A stretch of 64,000 nt of DNA. It comes from Eledone cirrhosa. Taxonomy: Eukaryota. The notes under the pieces were generated by a model, which did not search any database, was not told the DNA's origin, and saw nothing but the letters and a program-made list of their open reading frames with translations. The stretch lies in the NCBI GenBank assembly GCA_964016885.1, contig OZ024741.1:98580001-98644000 (forward strand), read 5' to 3'. Made by a program: the position numbers and the translations under genes. Positions 13,699 through 28,332 of the stretch are shown here, one piece after another. Positions within the stretch are counted from its first letter, which is position 1. Each line of letters begins with the position of its first letter.

Positions 13699-14964
13699 GG
13701 GATAGAAAAAAATATAGAATTGTAACAGAGAGAGAGACGTAAACAAACAAACAACGATAATCAAATAGTTTGGCTATTCTACGATACACAGTGTAGCTGT
13801 GGACTGAAACATAGAGGATATTCGTTCATCTTAATAGGAATGATACACCTTGTAGGGTTAGAGCTAAGATTTCACCAAAGGGGTTTTCGGGAACAATTTC
13901 TAATTTTTTCGGTGAATTGTATTTGATTTAAGGCATCAAAGCGTCTAAAATGTTGGCGAACATCAAATTATTCTATTTATTAAACTCAGCCCGAAACACC
14001 TCAACACACACACATTCTTCCATAAAAATATTAAGTCATTGATCTTAGTTGGAAATAAGCTACACCATATGTTTAAAGTAAGTGTTATAATCAATAAAAT
14101 CGGCCTACCTGAAAGTGAAATTGCAATGTATCAATAGTTTCAATGCTAAACTTTGTTTATTGTGTTCTTCTTTCTTTAAGTAATTTATGCAGTTAAGGAG
14201 GAAGTAGTATTCTATTAAAATATTGTAACTATTTTCTAAACTGAAGAATAACCGAAATGCCTAAAAAAGGGGTTGAACGTGTTAGAGAAATTAGTCTAGT
14301 CTCACTATGTTTCTAAGTATGCAAGTTTACAGCTGCTTATCATTCCATTCTCCTTTTAAAAAGAGTTATATAAAAGGTGAATTTTTCTGAAGCATTTTCA
14401 AAATTTCTTTTGCGTCGATATATACAGCTTTGCTACAAATATTCGAGGGTTAGTATGCCAGAAAACCCATTGCTGTATTTTGTTACACATCATAAAGTTC
14501 TGAGATCAATCAATGCCTGATGTAACTTGTTCGTCTTTAAGGAAGATGAGGTAAAGTATGTATCAATCATATCCTGGATGTTCTATCGATTATAATTTGC
14601 TCTTAGGCGTCTGTGAGTTTGGGTCACTAATTTCATCAATCTCAAACACGGAGAACTAATTCCTGAAACAGTCGCCGCTCTGCAACTTTTCATTTTTTCA
14701 TTTGCCCATGTAACTGTATTTCATGTTACAAGCGATCTAAAGTTTAAATTTCTCTTCAATCAACTCCATTTCATTTCAATTGCTTGCTTTCTTAAATTTC
14801 ACTAGTGCAGTAATAGCAGCTTTCTCAACCCGCCCGCTCAAGTTTATCACCAGCTTTCACCACCTTCATCAACAACAACAAAACTATCATCCCTACGTCG
14901 ACAGACTATATATCAACCCAAGCACACCTTTCTCAAATCTAGTTTATCATCTCGTACTATAGAC

Positions 14965-15052
<88 letters not shown>

Positions 15053-15070
15053 CCATATATATATATACAT

Positions 15071-15132
<62 letters not shown>

Positions 15133-15369
15133 CGGGTCCGGGTGAGTTTTTTACATTCATTTAATCTATTAATTTATAAATTTTTTATTTGAGTGACCCG
15201 AATTTTCCTGGTCGTTTTTGTCGGCTCTGCGATTGATTCTAAGCATCGTCTTTATGTGTTGGTATTTTAACGATAGTTATAGCTCTGGTTCATCCAAACT
15301 ATTGAGCCCTCTGCTACACATGTCGAAGTTTGTTTATCGTGGGCCGAAATTCTGATTCTCGGTTATTTA

Positions 15370-15412
<43 letters not shown>

Positions 15413-15539
15413 GAATGTATATATAGTGTATTTTTCAATACACTGTATGCTAAATTAAAAGCATTTTGAAGACCTTACGCTATTGTTTTAAAGTAGTGAC
15501 TATGTCACTTACTTGTATTTTCAGGTAACAAGGGGAGAT

Positions 15540-15585
15540 AAGCTGACAGAGCTCTGTTTCGTACTGTTGGTACTTATCAAAACCT
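15540..15585 (-). ncRNA. Type I hammerhead with U3-A8 core (family C)
   Basis: AGGTT TTGATAA GTAC-caaca-GTAC GAAA CAGAGCTCTG TC AGCTT, with a GUC cleavage triplet. Confidence 0.75.
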
Positions 15586-16005
15586 ACCACTCCTCCTGTC
15601 CGCTGAAATTATGAATGTTGGATTCTTATAGAATTCCAGTAATATTCAGGAAGTGATTATACAGAGCGGTTGCAGGTCCAGCAAAAATTGAAAATTACAA
15701 TTAGTGCTCTGAAATAGCGATATATATATATATATGAATGTATATATAGTGTATTTTGCAATACACTGTATGCTTAATTAAAAGCATTTTGAAGACCTTA
15801 CGCTATTGTTTTAAAGTAGTGACTCTTGTCACTTACTACTATTTTCAGCAAACAAGGGGAGATAAGCAGACAGAGCTCTGTTTCGTACTGTTTTTCGTAC
15901 AATGTTTGCTGGACCCGCAACCGCTCTGTATAATCAGTTCCTGATTATTACTGGAATTCTATAAGAATCCAACATTCATAATGTTCAGCGGACATGAGGA
16001 GTACT

Positions 16006-16051
16006 AGGCTTTGATAAGTACCAACAGTACGAAACAGATCTCTGGCAGCTT
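16006..16051 (+). ncRNA. Type I hammerhead with U3-A8 core (family C), cleavage triplet mutated
   Basis: AGGCT TTGATAA GTAC-caaca-GTAC GAAA CAGATCTCTG GC AGCTT. Confidence 0.6.
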
Positions 16052-16859
16052 ATCTCACATTGTTTGCTGAAAATAGAAATAAGTGACATAGTCACTACTT
16101 TAAAACAATTGCGTAAGGTTTTCAAATGCTTTTAATTAAGCATACAGTGTATTGCAAAATACACTATATATACATTCATATATATCGCTATTTCAGAGCA
16201 CCAATTCTAATATATATATATATATATATAAACCTTAGCTGTTGGGTAATGTTTCGAAACATCCTACATCCACCCTGACAATTTTAACTAAGGTTATTCG
16301 TGTCATAGAATTTGCTGCAAGAGGAAGGGTGTGACTATACCTAGTGGGGGGCACCGGACATTGAAGGTGAGAGTAAAGACAGAAACGCATCAAATAATAT
16401 ATTACTCAAAATACCAGACAGACACCAATTGGCGTTTTTTTATTATCATCATCATCATCATTATCATCATCATCATCATTCAATTGCCTTAGTTATTTTG
16501 CGTGTTGTCATTGCACTACCGAACGAAGCTCTATGCGTCTTGGGGACGTGCAACATTATTAGTGTTGTTTCTATTGTATTAAATATACTCTACGTGATAT
16601 GCGTATAGTGCCTAGTAGTGCTATTTTCTGTATATTGTATATATTATTAACTCAAGGTCTTTTTGACTGTTTGTGTGTGTATGCGTGTATTTGTACGTGT
16701 CTGTGCGTGTGTTTGTGTGTGTGTCTGTATGTGTGAGCATTTGTGAGCATGTGTGTGTGTCTGTCTGTGCGCGTTGTGTGTGTGCACCTGTATGTCTTAT
16801 AATTCCGAAAGCATTATGAATAGAGTGTATTGTTTCCCTCGCCCTCATTCAGTGTATAT

Positions 16860-17400
16860 ACATTTTCAATTCTTTTTATTTGGATAATTTTTATTTCCTT
16901 GAGACATATTTATGAGGGTTAATAAATCGATTAAAAATCGTTTTCTATACTTTAACCTTTGACTACAATATCTGGTCGGTTGTCATTGCTTTCCCTGTCT
17001 GCGTGAGTTTATATATCCTTGAGGATCGTTGTTTATCATAATCTAATGCCTTTTCTGGTTTAGTCCTATACCATCTATTTTTCGTTGGTATCTCATAATG
17101 CTAACATAAATTCTAGTGTATATAAATCCCAACTTTTATTTATGTGGACATATTCTAATACTGGGCAGCCAGAGAGAGGATGGTTAATAGTTTCTCCTCC
17201 ATCTTCATGAATATTGCAATACAATTGTCTATGGACTTCAGTGTGTACTGTTTGTGGTTTCTGGTGGAAAGAATGGATATTGTGCTGTATATTTAAGAAT
17301 CTTTCAAGCTCAGCTTTGAGTCCTTCATATTCAGTGTTGTGACTTTTCCTAGAGTACTTCATTCAGGTATATAATTACGTTCATTTCCATTTTGTATTTG
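16860..17400 (-). pseudogene. Decayed C-terminal fragment of an R4/Dong-like non-LTR retrotransposon (zinc knuckle plus restriction-like endonuclease)
   Basis: GLKAE..., ETINHPLSGCPVL.EY, KWY..KPEK and NRPDIVVK motifs occur in order on the minus strand. Confidence 0.7.
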
Positions 17401-18002
17401 AATCCTGTCAATGTATTTTTTCTTATTTCATGTTTCCGGTGTCTATAAAATATGTACGAGTCAATTACAGCAGTACATGTAGTCTATGGTCACGTGCCTA
17501 TGTATGAAAATGATATTCCTGTACCTTCTACCAACGCCCTCAGTTTCGCCAGCACAGCTAACGCTACCAGTTACAACACCAACACAAACAATACCCCAGT
17601 CAACTACCACTTCCCTTCTGACAATTTATTAATTCTTTTCACTCTAAGAAGTACTTCGTCCCATGCACATCTACTAAAGTTTCTTTTTACTACCGATAAA
17701 TTCATTACACAGTTCATTTGAGATACACCGACACACTCTATCTCTACCTTTGACTTGCATGTCTGTATTTTTATTTTCCCCTCCCACAAGTCTCTAATTA
17801 TCCCCGGAGAGTTCTGTTACACGTCTAGCAATTTCAGACACCCACACACACCCACGCATATATATATATATATAAACAGGCACACACAAACAAACGCAGA
17901 CATATTCTATATATGTAGATGTTTTTACATGTAAAAGTAATACATCGGTACATGAGCATATGGTGTGAATACATATATACACGAAGTACCAGCAAATTAA
18001 GT

Positions 18003-18060
<58 letters not shown>

Positions 18061-18537
18061 TAGATATAGATAGACACACACACACACATATATATATATA
18101 TTACATAAATACACCATGCATTGCGGGACATTTCCATCATCAGCCGTCGACAGAGGATCACATCGTTTTTACTAATATCCGACTGTATCACTCGTTCAAA
18201 GGGTGAAAAACAGCATTGCATCTACCAGAGAATTTGCGGGATATTTTGATAAACATCGTAACACGCTGTATACATATGCATGAGTGCGTGTTGGGGGTGT
18301 GACATATGTAATATTCTTGCGTGTGTAAATATATACTATATCTATCTATCTCCCTACTTTTCGGCGTACCTACTTGTCTATCTATAGCAAGCTCTGAGAC
18401 TATTTTAGCTCAGCCATCAGGGGACCTGACTCTTTTCAAATTATTTCATATTTCATATTACCCTAAGTATTGAGTATTTTGGTGCGTTATGGTCCACCTG
18501 GCATCTGACCACACCCTTTTTGTCATATATATATACA

Positions 18538-18806
18538 CACCAAGATTGGTATTTTATTTATCGACCACAATATAGTGGGTATAATTACCAAAAATAATTT
18601 TGACCGTTGCCCTAATGCTTCTGCTATTCACCACCAGCATTACATAGGAGAAATATTAGCCAAGGCACAAATAGAGACGGATAGAATTTCCGCCTTCAAA
18701 CTCCACATCATTCACCACACAATGTAATATTATATGTATAAATGACTACGTGTGTTTGTCTGACTATATATATCTACAAATGTATGTATCTCTTTCTCTG
18801 TCACAT

Positions 18807-18847
<41 letters not shown>

Positions 18848-18890
18848 ACATCCGAAGCTATGTCCGTTCTATTCCACTTGCCTCCACACC

Positions 18891-18959
<69 letters not shown>

Positions 18960-18961
18960 AC

Positions 18962-18993
<32 letters not shown>

Positions 18994-19388
18994 ATGTGAC
19001 AGAGAAAGAGATACATACATTTGTATATATATATAATTAGGTGACGAGGCAAGTGGAGGCAAGTGGAATAGAACGGACATAGCTTCGGATGTTATATATA
19101 TATATATGTGTGTGTGGGGGGGGGGGGGGTGATAGAGAAACAGAGAAAGAGATAAATACATTTGTACAAACACACGTAGTCATTTATACATATAAGATTA
19201 CAATGTGTGGTGAATGATGTGGAGTTTGAAGGCGGAAATTCTATCCGTCTCTATTTGTGCCTTGGCTAATATTTCTCCTATGTAATGCTGGTGGTGAATA
19301 GCAGAAGCGTTAGGGCAACGGTCAAAATTATTTTTGGTAATTATACCCACTATATTGTGGTCGATAAATAAAATACCAATCTTGGTGT
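18538..19388. repeat. Inverted duplication centred on a (TA)n tract
   Basis: 18538-18760 is nearly the reverse complement of 19165-19388. Inner arms 18844-18900 and 19034-19098. Confidence 0.9.
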
Positions 19389-20379
19389 GTATTCCTGGAA
19401 TCGTTGGAGTATCAGGTGAGATTGCTTGCGTTATTTACTGCGCCACACTGTATTCCCATTTCAAATCCCATAGCGGCATGACAGAAACCAGTGAAGAGAA
19501 TAGAGGCCCACTATGTATTTATCTGTAGTATAGATAGCATTAGAGCGATCCATGACACTCAAACTACCGAGGAAGGAGATGAGAGAACTTATGTTACTTT
19601 TTCTTCTTTTGTTTTCCGGTTTTCAGTTTATATTCCAAACATTGTTCGAAAGTTCAGTGATGTTCTCCGAGAATTTATTGATTGGACAAGATATTATGCC
19701 AGTAAAGGATACTTTTGAATAAGTCTATGTAAATCCTATAAATCGTATATGTGTATTGTTAGTGGAGCGAACAACAGTTCAATCTAAGCAAGATAGCTAA
19801 TTTTGAACGACGACAAATTTTTTATTAAATACCTAGTGATGCCCGTTTAAAATACGTAAAAGATTACTGGTAAATATAGTGATGTATCATATCTTACATC
19901 ACTACGTCGTTAATAGTATTTTCTCTGAAATCACTGATGTCAACAGATGACTCAAACACCAACAAAATGAAACCGATACAGGTAAATATAATCCCTCCCA
20001 CATAAATTATATTTTTGTGCGTAGAATACACTGGCGATTCACTACATCTGTTCTCAGTGATGTCCGTATGTTCGCTTCATCAAGCAATAATAACGTGTTG
20101 CATGAGGAATCGGACACAAAGAAACTCTGAGTAGCGACGGAATGAATTGTCTGGTTGAAAAATATATGAGTAAGTGTATATATTTTTTGCGAATATCCTG
20201 TATAAGATAAAAGCAGAAATTCTTTACTTAAACTTTAATCTGTACTAATGATAAATATTTGCACTACGGGTTTATATATACTTATATATATATACAATCC
20301 TTATCGAGCTCTCTTCGGATTTTGGTCTTTGTATTTATCATTACTATAGATGTGTGTGTGTGCGCTTGCGAATATGTAC

Positions 20380-20412
<33 letters not shown>

Positions 20413-20416
<4 letters not shown>

Positions 20417-20598
20417 AACCAGTAAGACCCCGACAGCTGAGCTCAAGCTGTTTCGACGGCTAATTCTGAATTAGCCGTCGAAACGGCTTGAGCTCAGCTG
20501 TCGGGGTCTTACTGGTTCCTATTACCCACTCTACTACCTCAAGTATTGAGTACTTTGGTGCGTTATGGTCCACCTGGTTCCTTACCACATTTCCTTCG

Positions 20599-20600
<2 letters not shown>
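20413..20600. mobile_element. Family B foldback element, short 5'-truncated copy
   Basis: ~55-bp inverted arms centred near 20467 plus an ~80-nt tail ending cttcgtt. (TA)n on both sides. Confidence 0.85.
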
Positions 20601-20660
<60 letters not shown>

Positions 20661-21140
20661 TTAGTGCATGTATATCACAGAATATCTCAATGGAGTCTTG
20701 AATAAACAGACGCATGTAGTTTCATTAATGTGAGAGTACACACATACTTACATGGGCACACACAGTTTGATAAATGGGTAAATGTACCTAATACATGAAT
20801 GACTGTTGAGAAAATACATTTATCTACACTGTTGGTGATTTCGCACCGCTATAGATAAAAACATGTAAATGTTCACACGCAAATATGCATGAACATACAG
20901 AATGGCACACACATGCACGCACACATATGTACATAAAAAATAAATAAATGTATACATTCAAATACAGACAGACACATAGGTGTGTGTGTGTGTGTGTTTA
21001 TATATATGTGTGTGTGTATGTATATATATATGTATATGTATATATATATAGTATATATATATATATGTATATGTATATGTATATATGTATATGTATATGT
21101 ATATATATATAGTATATATATATATGTATATGTATATATG

Positions 21141-21212
<72 letters not shown>

Positions 21213-21343
21213 ACTATTTATACACAAATAAATAAATACATATATACACATACAGTCATATATTTATATATATGCGTGTGTCTGTTTATGTGTTTATGCA
21301 TGTATATCTATATATATATATATAAATACACACATACACACAT

Positions 21344-21394
<51 letters not shown>

Positions 21395-24045
21395 AACGTA
21401 TCATATTATGCGTAACTATATACACAGATACAACTACAACACGACCTCTAACCCCAACCCCTTTGTCTCTATCTTCTGCCTGTCTGTATACATTTTTCAA
21501 ACTTTAATGCTTCTCACTCTCATACACAAACCCTCTTTCTCTAACTATTTATCTATGTGTATGTGGGTAGTGGCGTATTTGTATGTGTTTGTGTGTGTCT
21601 GTATGTGAGTTTTTGTGTGTGTTTGTTTCAGTAGCCCAGATGTTATTTATATCAATTATCCCTCTTCAGGCAAGGTATTCTACTTATGGAGAGTTATATC
21701 TCCGACAAAAGTATTAACCTGGTTGATCAGAGATCTCTTATAAGCAGCGATATAATGACATACTAAGACTCAAAACAAAATAATCATTGATCATTTCTCT
21801 AATGCTACTAAGGCCCATAGAATAGAAATAATTTTTTAAAAACCGTGATCATGGACACATTAGCTTTTAACCAACAAATTAAGTCCTCTATAATTCGTCA
21901 ATGAAAAGACAGTACAAGTATTTCAATCATTTGTGTACCTTGGGAGTTCATTTTGACTCGAAAAGTGTAACAACCTTCACAATTACGACTGTTTTTAATG
22001 AAGAGTCAAAATACTCCTTAAACATTGAGAAGTAGAAATGGTTTAAATGTGGCATTAAAATGGTAAACAAAACCTTTATATATAAAGTGACGCTTTGACA
22101 ATTCTTCTCTGTTCACTTACGAAACCTCTAATAACTATAATCACCAGTGCAAATTACTGGAGCGTCTTCATCAAAGATAGCTTTCAACATTTCCTTTGCA
22201 TTGAGTAAAAATCAAATATTCAGAAAAAATAAAATATTCCTGGAAGATCTTAAAAGAGCAGGCAGAGAAACTTTACGCATAGCAATATTGTCTCCGTTGG
22301 TTTGGTCTTCTTGTTCATATAGATGATTCTCGTTTTCTGAAAAAATATTCTTTTACAAGATGGCATTTCCATGGATGGTTGAGAAAGTATTGCATAAAAT
22401 ACAGAAAGTGAGTGCAACCGTAGAGGCTCAAAGATTAGACAGATTTCTGGGAAAAACTGAATTCCCCAGATAAAAAGATCGAACGTGTTGAGCAGATGTA
22501 CGCATAGCAGATTGCTGGGATGATCTACACTCCGTACCTTGTAGTTACATTTGAGATTTGTTCGCTATGTTCTTGACAGCTGATGTATCCCAAGATACAT
22601 CATTCAAAGACTGGTGACGGTGACCTAGAAGGGTTCGAATTACATAGCCATAAGTCTTCTCAACACAATTTTAAACAATTATACTGATCTTCAATAGGTG
22701 CGAACTATTCCTTGATATTATAATCAAGGAAGCACCAACTTGTACGGTAGCCAGCATATCTAATCAGGAAACCTCCACAACATTCGAACCAGTTAGGGGC
22801 AGTTAGTCGTTAGAGGATACTCTCGAAGATATAGAGAAATTTAAATCAGTCTAAAGCATACGATAATGTCAGCCATCGCAATCGCGTTGTTGCCATGATC
22901 ATAACCGGTTTTGTTCCCTTCTACAGAGGTTGGATCATCACATTGCATAACAGTATCTGTTAGATAAACATTGGAAAGGGGCGTCAAAAGGTTAAGCAAA
23001 TTTACTTAAACATTGTCTGAGAGAAAGCTAATCAGGTTGGAATTTGTGCATTTAATTTCCTATGGAAGAGACAGTTTCTGTTGCTCGCTTACAACCACTT
23101 CAGGGGAGTTTCGGGGTATACAGACTGGTGGTGCACAATTACGCCATGTGGATGATATATATACTGAGATTTCTGTATTACGATAACGCTGAATAAATTT
23201 GATCACCGTTCGGACATCACGCATTTCTATAGCTTATCTTTTCTTGTTGCAAGCCTATATCAAGCGCACACGCGTGTTTGGTATCTGGAAAGTTGCCTGA
23301 GGCTCATTGCACTCAAAGTATTAATAACACGGTCAGTTTAAACTTAATCCTTGAATTCTCTGGGGGGTTAGTGAAGAGAATGAATGGCGTATGGGGGCTG
23401 CTTTTTGGCGTCATGTGAGCAATTTAAGATCGAGGACAGTGGGGAGAATTTTAAAATCGAGCGCTATTATCAAAGATTCCTGGCCAGGTAGAACTATAGA
23501 CGAAGCTTGCACATTCGGGACAAACACTACAAGCTTGATTGCGACTGCAAACGAATTTTTCCGAGATGCACTCAGGCCGATGAAACTGTAGTGCAAATAA
23601 TCATTCAGTGACAATGCAATTATTCGCCGTCCATGTTTACCACAAATGTAGGACGCCGACTTTCTTTGGCTTGACTTCCTCTGTCTAGTAGCTATGGCGA
23701 AATAATTTATATAGTGACTACGGATGAAAGCTTTGGAGAAGATTGAACCAACGAGTAAGATATCTACGTGATTGCTTGACTTGACAGAAATAACAGATCA
23801 AAATCGCTTAATCATAAAATGTCTTGAAGAAAGGATAAAAAGGATAACTTAGACCTAGATACATTGCCCGATATAAAGACGGGATAATCACATGTGGAAT
23901 ATCTTTCATCTTACTCTTTCAGAATAAACATCGGACTAAATAGCATCATCTTCCATATTGCTCATTTCTGTGAGTCATTGTTATACTATTTACTATTCTG
24001 TAAAGTCAAATAGAAGATTAATGTTGTATATAGACCATCATGTCG

Positions 24046-24160
<115 letters not shown>

Positions 24161-24378
24161 GTCTCTCTTTATTTCTTGTTTTCTCTCTCCACCTCTTCCT
24201 TTCTTTATCTATCTCAATAATTTCTCTCTCGCTCTCTCTCTCTCTGTATATATATATATACACACACACACACACATATATATACAGTATATATATATAT
24301 ATATATGAGTTTCAGGAGATCCCGTTAAGGGTCAAAACAGCGATTCTTTGCTTAAACTTTAATCTGTTATTTTAATAA

Positions 24379-24429
<51 letters not shown>

Positions 24430-25564
24430 CCTATCATCTATATGTCTATTTACCTATCCATGCGTGGTGGTGGTAGTGGTGGTAGTGCGGTTATTAAAAA
24501 TGTGGTGCTACCGAAATTACAACAGAACTTATTTAGCTGAAATAAATGTGTGTCGCAAATTTCTGGTTCGCATTATATAGTAAATTGCATGATCACCGAT
24601 CAACGTATGGAGAAAATCCTGGGGTCAACCATACAGTGTCGGGGATAGATGTTTACCAGTGTAGCTAACTGACCTTCCTTTTCTCACAGCCAATGCTAAA
24701 TGGCATTGGGTTTCTTGAAATACAGCTTTATATGTTTGTGACAAATTTGTAGTTAGGATTGTTTAATCTGTTAAACAAAAGAAGCTATAAATGTACTTAA
24801 CTGGTGTAATGTGCTGGATATTGTAGACAGTTTGTAAGTCATATGCATAACGAGTCGCATAGGATAAGCAGTGAGGTAGGGAGAGCGAGGGAAATGAAGG
24901 AAAAGGTGAGTTGGGTAAATAAGAGGAAGAGGGGGCAGAGATATGGCAGATAATTTTATGGGATGTTCATAGAGCTTTTGCTTAGATTTGATCCTTAGAA
25001 TTTACATTGACACCAGGTGTATGTAAAAATAAAAATGTGTTTGTATATACATTTATTTATTTATGTGTGTGTGTGTGTGCTTAAGTGTGTGTATGCGTAC
25101 GTGTGTGTGTGTGTTCGTTGTATATGTCATAGAGTATCTGGTGGGAGAGCCATAAACAGAGACTTTTAAAGGATGAAGAGATTGACCGGTTCGGCACAGC
25201 TTGTGTCTGGTGATCAGTAAGGATTAGTGAAACAGGGCAGATTAGGGAGACAGGGGTTGAGAAGTCTGTCTTTGGGATGCCAAGACATAGAATAGGGTGG
25301 GAGTGAACAAAGATATACAGTGCTAAAAAGAGGCAAAGAGAGTGAAAATAGTGAGAGCGAGGGGAATGAGAAAGTGAGAGAGGGAGAGAGATAAAGAATG
25401 AGAGTGTGATGAATATGGATTTATGTTGGAAGGTAAGTTACACGATGGAGCTCTAAGTATGGATAGATGTTGAGTTAAAGAGAACGGAAGAAATAAAGTG
25501 AAAGAGGGCGATTAAAGAGAGATATAGACAGTGAAAGTGTGTGACAATAAAGAATGAGAGAGAG

Positions 25565-25626
<62 letters not shown>

Positions 25627-26032
25627 CGAGAGAGAGAGAAAGAAGGATAGAGATAGAGAGAGACGAGAGGGAGAGACTGTGTATGTTTTGTGTACAACTG
25701 CGTGTATGTGTTTTTTAATATGCCTATGTGTATGTAAAGAGGTTCCGTGCGATGTGCTGAAAACGAATAGAATGACAGAGTTGATATATGGCAAATTAAA
25801 GGAAGAAGAAGAAGGAGAAGAAGAAGAAGAAGAAGAAGAAGAAGAAGAAGAAGAAGAAGAAGAAGAGAGCAGCAGCAGCAGCAGCTAAAACATCAAAAAC
25901 AACTACCACATCAACAAACATAACAGTACCTACAACAACTAAATGAGAGTATATGTGAAGGAGGACAGAAGTGACAAAGATTGCCACAGGAAGTATAAAT
26001 CCAACAGCGGCAGTAACAATATAATGATAATG

Positions 26033-26627
26033 ATTTCTTATATAGGCACAAGGCCAGCAATTTTGGGAGAGGGGAAACTCGATTAAAATCGACCCCAGTA
26101 CGTTACTGGTGCTTTATTTTATCGAACCCGTAAGAATGAAAGGCAAAGTTAACCTCGGCGGTATTTGAACTCAGATCATATAGGGCCGAAACTCTATGCT
26201 GCAAAGGATAGTGTCCGACTCTCTACCGATACTGCCAATCCACTGCCCTTAATAACAATATTAATAATAACAAGAGGGCGGTGGATTGGCAAGTATCGGT
26301 AGAGAGTTACAGCCCTTTATGGTCTTAGTTCAAATCCCGCCGAGGTTAACTTTGCCTTTCATCCTTACGGAGTCGATAAAATAAAGTACCAGTAATGCAC
26401 TGGGATAATTGCTGGCCTTGTGCCAAAAGTAGAAACAATATTAATAATTGTTTCTACGTTTGGCACAAGGCCAGCAAAATACCCAGTGCATTACTGGTAC
26501 TTTATTTTATCGACCCCGTAAGGATGAAAGGCAAAGTTAACCTCGGCGGGATTTGAACTCAGAATGGCAAGAGCCGTAACTCTATGCGTCAAACATGGCG
26601 TCCGACCCTCTACCGATACTGCCAATT
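26033..26627. mobile_element. Cluster of three S1 SINEs in -/+/- orientation (26033-26250, 26275-26439, 26446-26627)
   Basis: Each matches the 9279-9462 SINE. Confidence 0.85.
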
Positions 26628-26710
26628 AATAATAACAGCAATATCACCAATAATAGGAAATGTTGAATAAGGTGGTACTGGATACTCTGCCTATAGGAAA
26701 AGCGCAGGTT

Positions 26711-26776
26711 GATTATAGTGTACTCTGATTATAGTGTACTCTGATTATAGTGTACTCTGATTATAGTGTACTCTGA
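26711..26776. repeat. 16-bp tandem repeat x4 (gattatagtgtactct)
   Basis: Read directly. Confidence 0.95.
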
Positions 26777-26984
26777 GCCGGTATGTGGCTACAGAATAAC
26801 AGCAGCTGTCCTCCAATGATTTCGATAATATTGCTTTAAAATATAATTGACAGGTACTCATTTTACCGACCCAAAGAGAACACATTAGCGATGACAGGAT
26901 ATGAACTCTCAACGCAAATGTTCGCAATGTATACTTGTTTCTACTTTTGCCACAAGGCCAGCAATTACTCCAGTGCATTACTGT

Positions 26985-27152
26985 GAAGGCGTGTGGCTGA
27001 GTGGTTAGAGAGTTGTGAGTTCGATTCCCGGACCTGGCCATGCGCAAGATACTTTATTTCAGGTTGCTACTCCTACCCCCTGAGTTGCGACCGAGAGATA
27101 GTATTAGCAACTGGAAAGACCAATGGAAACATTGTTTCCTCGGTCCGATTTG
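26985..27152 (+). mobile_element. tRNA-derived SINE (family S2)
   Basis: tggctgagtggttag and gagttcgattccc boxes. Homologous minus copy at 52757-52948. Confidence 0.7.
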
Positions 27153-27729
27153 AGGAAAGTCGATCGTTCCTTTATTTATTATTAGTGCTTTATTTCATCG
27201 ACCCCCATAAGTATTAAAAGCAAAGCTAACCTCGACGGGATTTGAACTCATAACGTATTGTATAATGTGTTGTGCTCTGCTATTTCTACTGTTCAACAAT
27301 TTTTTTCCTATATTGATTATACTAATACTGGTAATATACTAAGGTGAATTTACTATTTCATGCAAAATCCTTCCATGATAATATTTGTCTATGTCTAAGT
27401 TCACGTGTTTCTTCCAAGGATGAAATTAACCACAGTATACTACCGGTCCGGTATTTATCATAGTAATTTAGCTTGAGGTTACATATGATTGGAAATATTT
27501 CTAACCAAGACCATCGTGATTGAAACGTACTATGAGAAATAATATTGCAGCTATGATCATCCACCGTAACAACAATTGCATTATACAGTGTATCTATCTT
27601 GATTGTGAAAAATAAACCTATAAGATGTTTTGACTTGAGGGATATCTGGTTACTATATCTAGCAGGTCTACAGATGAATTTGTCGCTTCCCCATTGGCTT
27701 GCTTTAACTACTATCTTCGTTGTGTTTTT

Positions 27730-28006
27730 GATGATGATGATAATGATGATGATGATGATGCTGATGATATTGATGATGTTGATGATGACAGTCTTTATGT
27801 TGACGATGATGATGATGATATTGATGATGATAGTCTTTATGTTGACAATGATGATGATGATAATTATGATGATGATGATATTGATGATGATGATGAAGAT
27901 AATGATGATTATGATGATGATGTTGACAATGATAATGTTGATGATGATGATAATGATGATGGTGATGATGATGATGATGATGAGGTGGATGATGATGATG
28001 ATGAGG

Positions 28007-28046
<40 letters not shown>

Positions 28047-28332
28047 GGTGGATGATGATGATGATGATAATGATGATGATGATGATGAGGTGGATGATGA
28101 TGATGATGATGATGATGATAGTGACGACCAAAACGACAAAGACAAAGACGAAAATGACAAACACAATGATGACGTGGATGATGACGTTGTTGATGATGAT
28201 GATGACGATGATGACGACGACGATGACGATGATGACGATGACGATGATGATATCGAAGATGACGATCACAGGGATGATGACAATGATGATCATGATCACC
28301 ATTGTTATCATCATCATCATCATCATCACCGT
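27730..28332. repeat. Imperfect (GAT)n microsatellite ending in (CAT)n
   Basis: Explains the poly-D/M/H/I ORFs in all frames. Confidence 0.95.

Larger units (their letters stand above)
15405..16210. mobile_element. Retrozyme-like element family C: 323-bp tandem monomers on the minus strand, then an inverted monomer, flanked by (TA)n
   Basis: atgaatgtatatatagtg recurs at 15411 and 15734. Positions ~15905-16210 are the reverse complement of the monomer. The complete monomers each carry an HHR. Confidence 0.85.

Noticed and set aside
21700-23650. Complex non-repetitive stretch with an HVDDI motif near 23145
   Set aside because: I found no consistent motif series on either strand. It is likely an old TE, but it needs tBLASTn or HMM searches.
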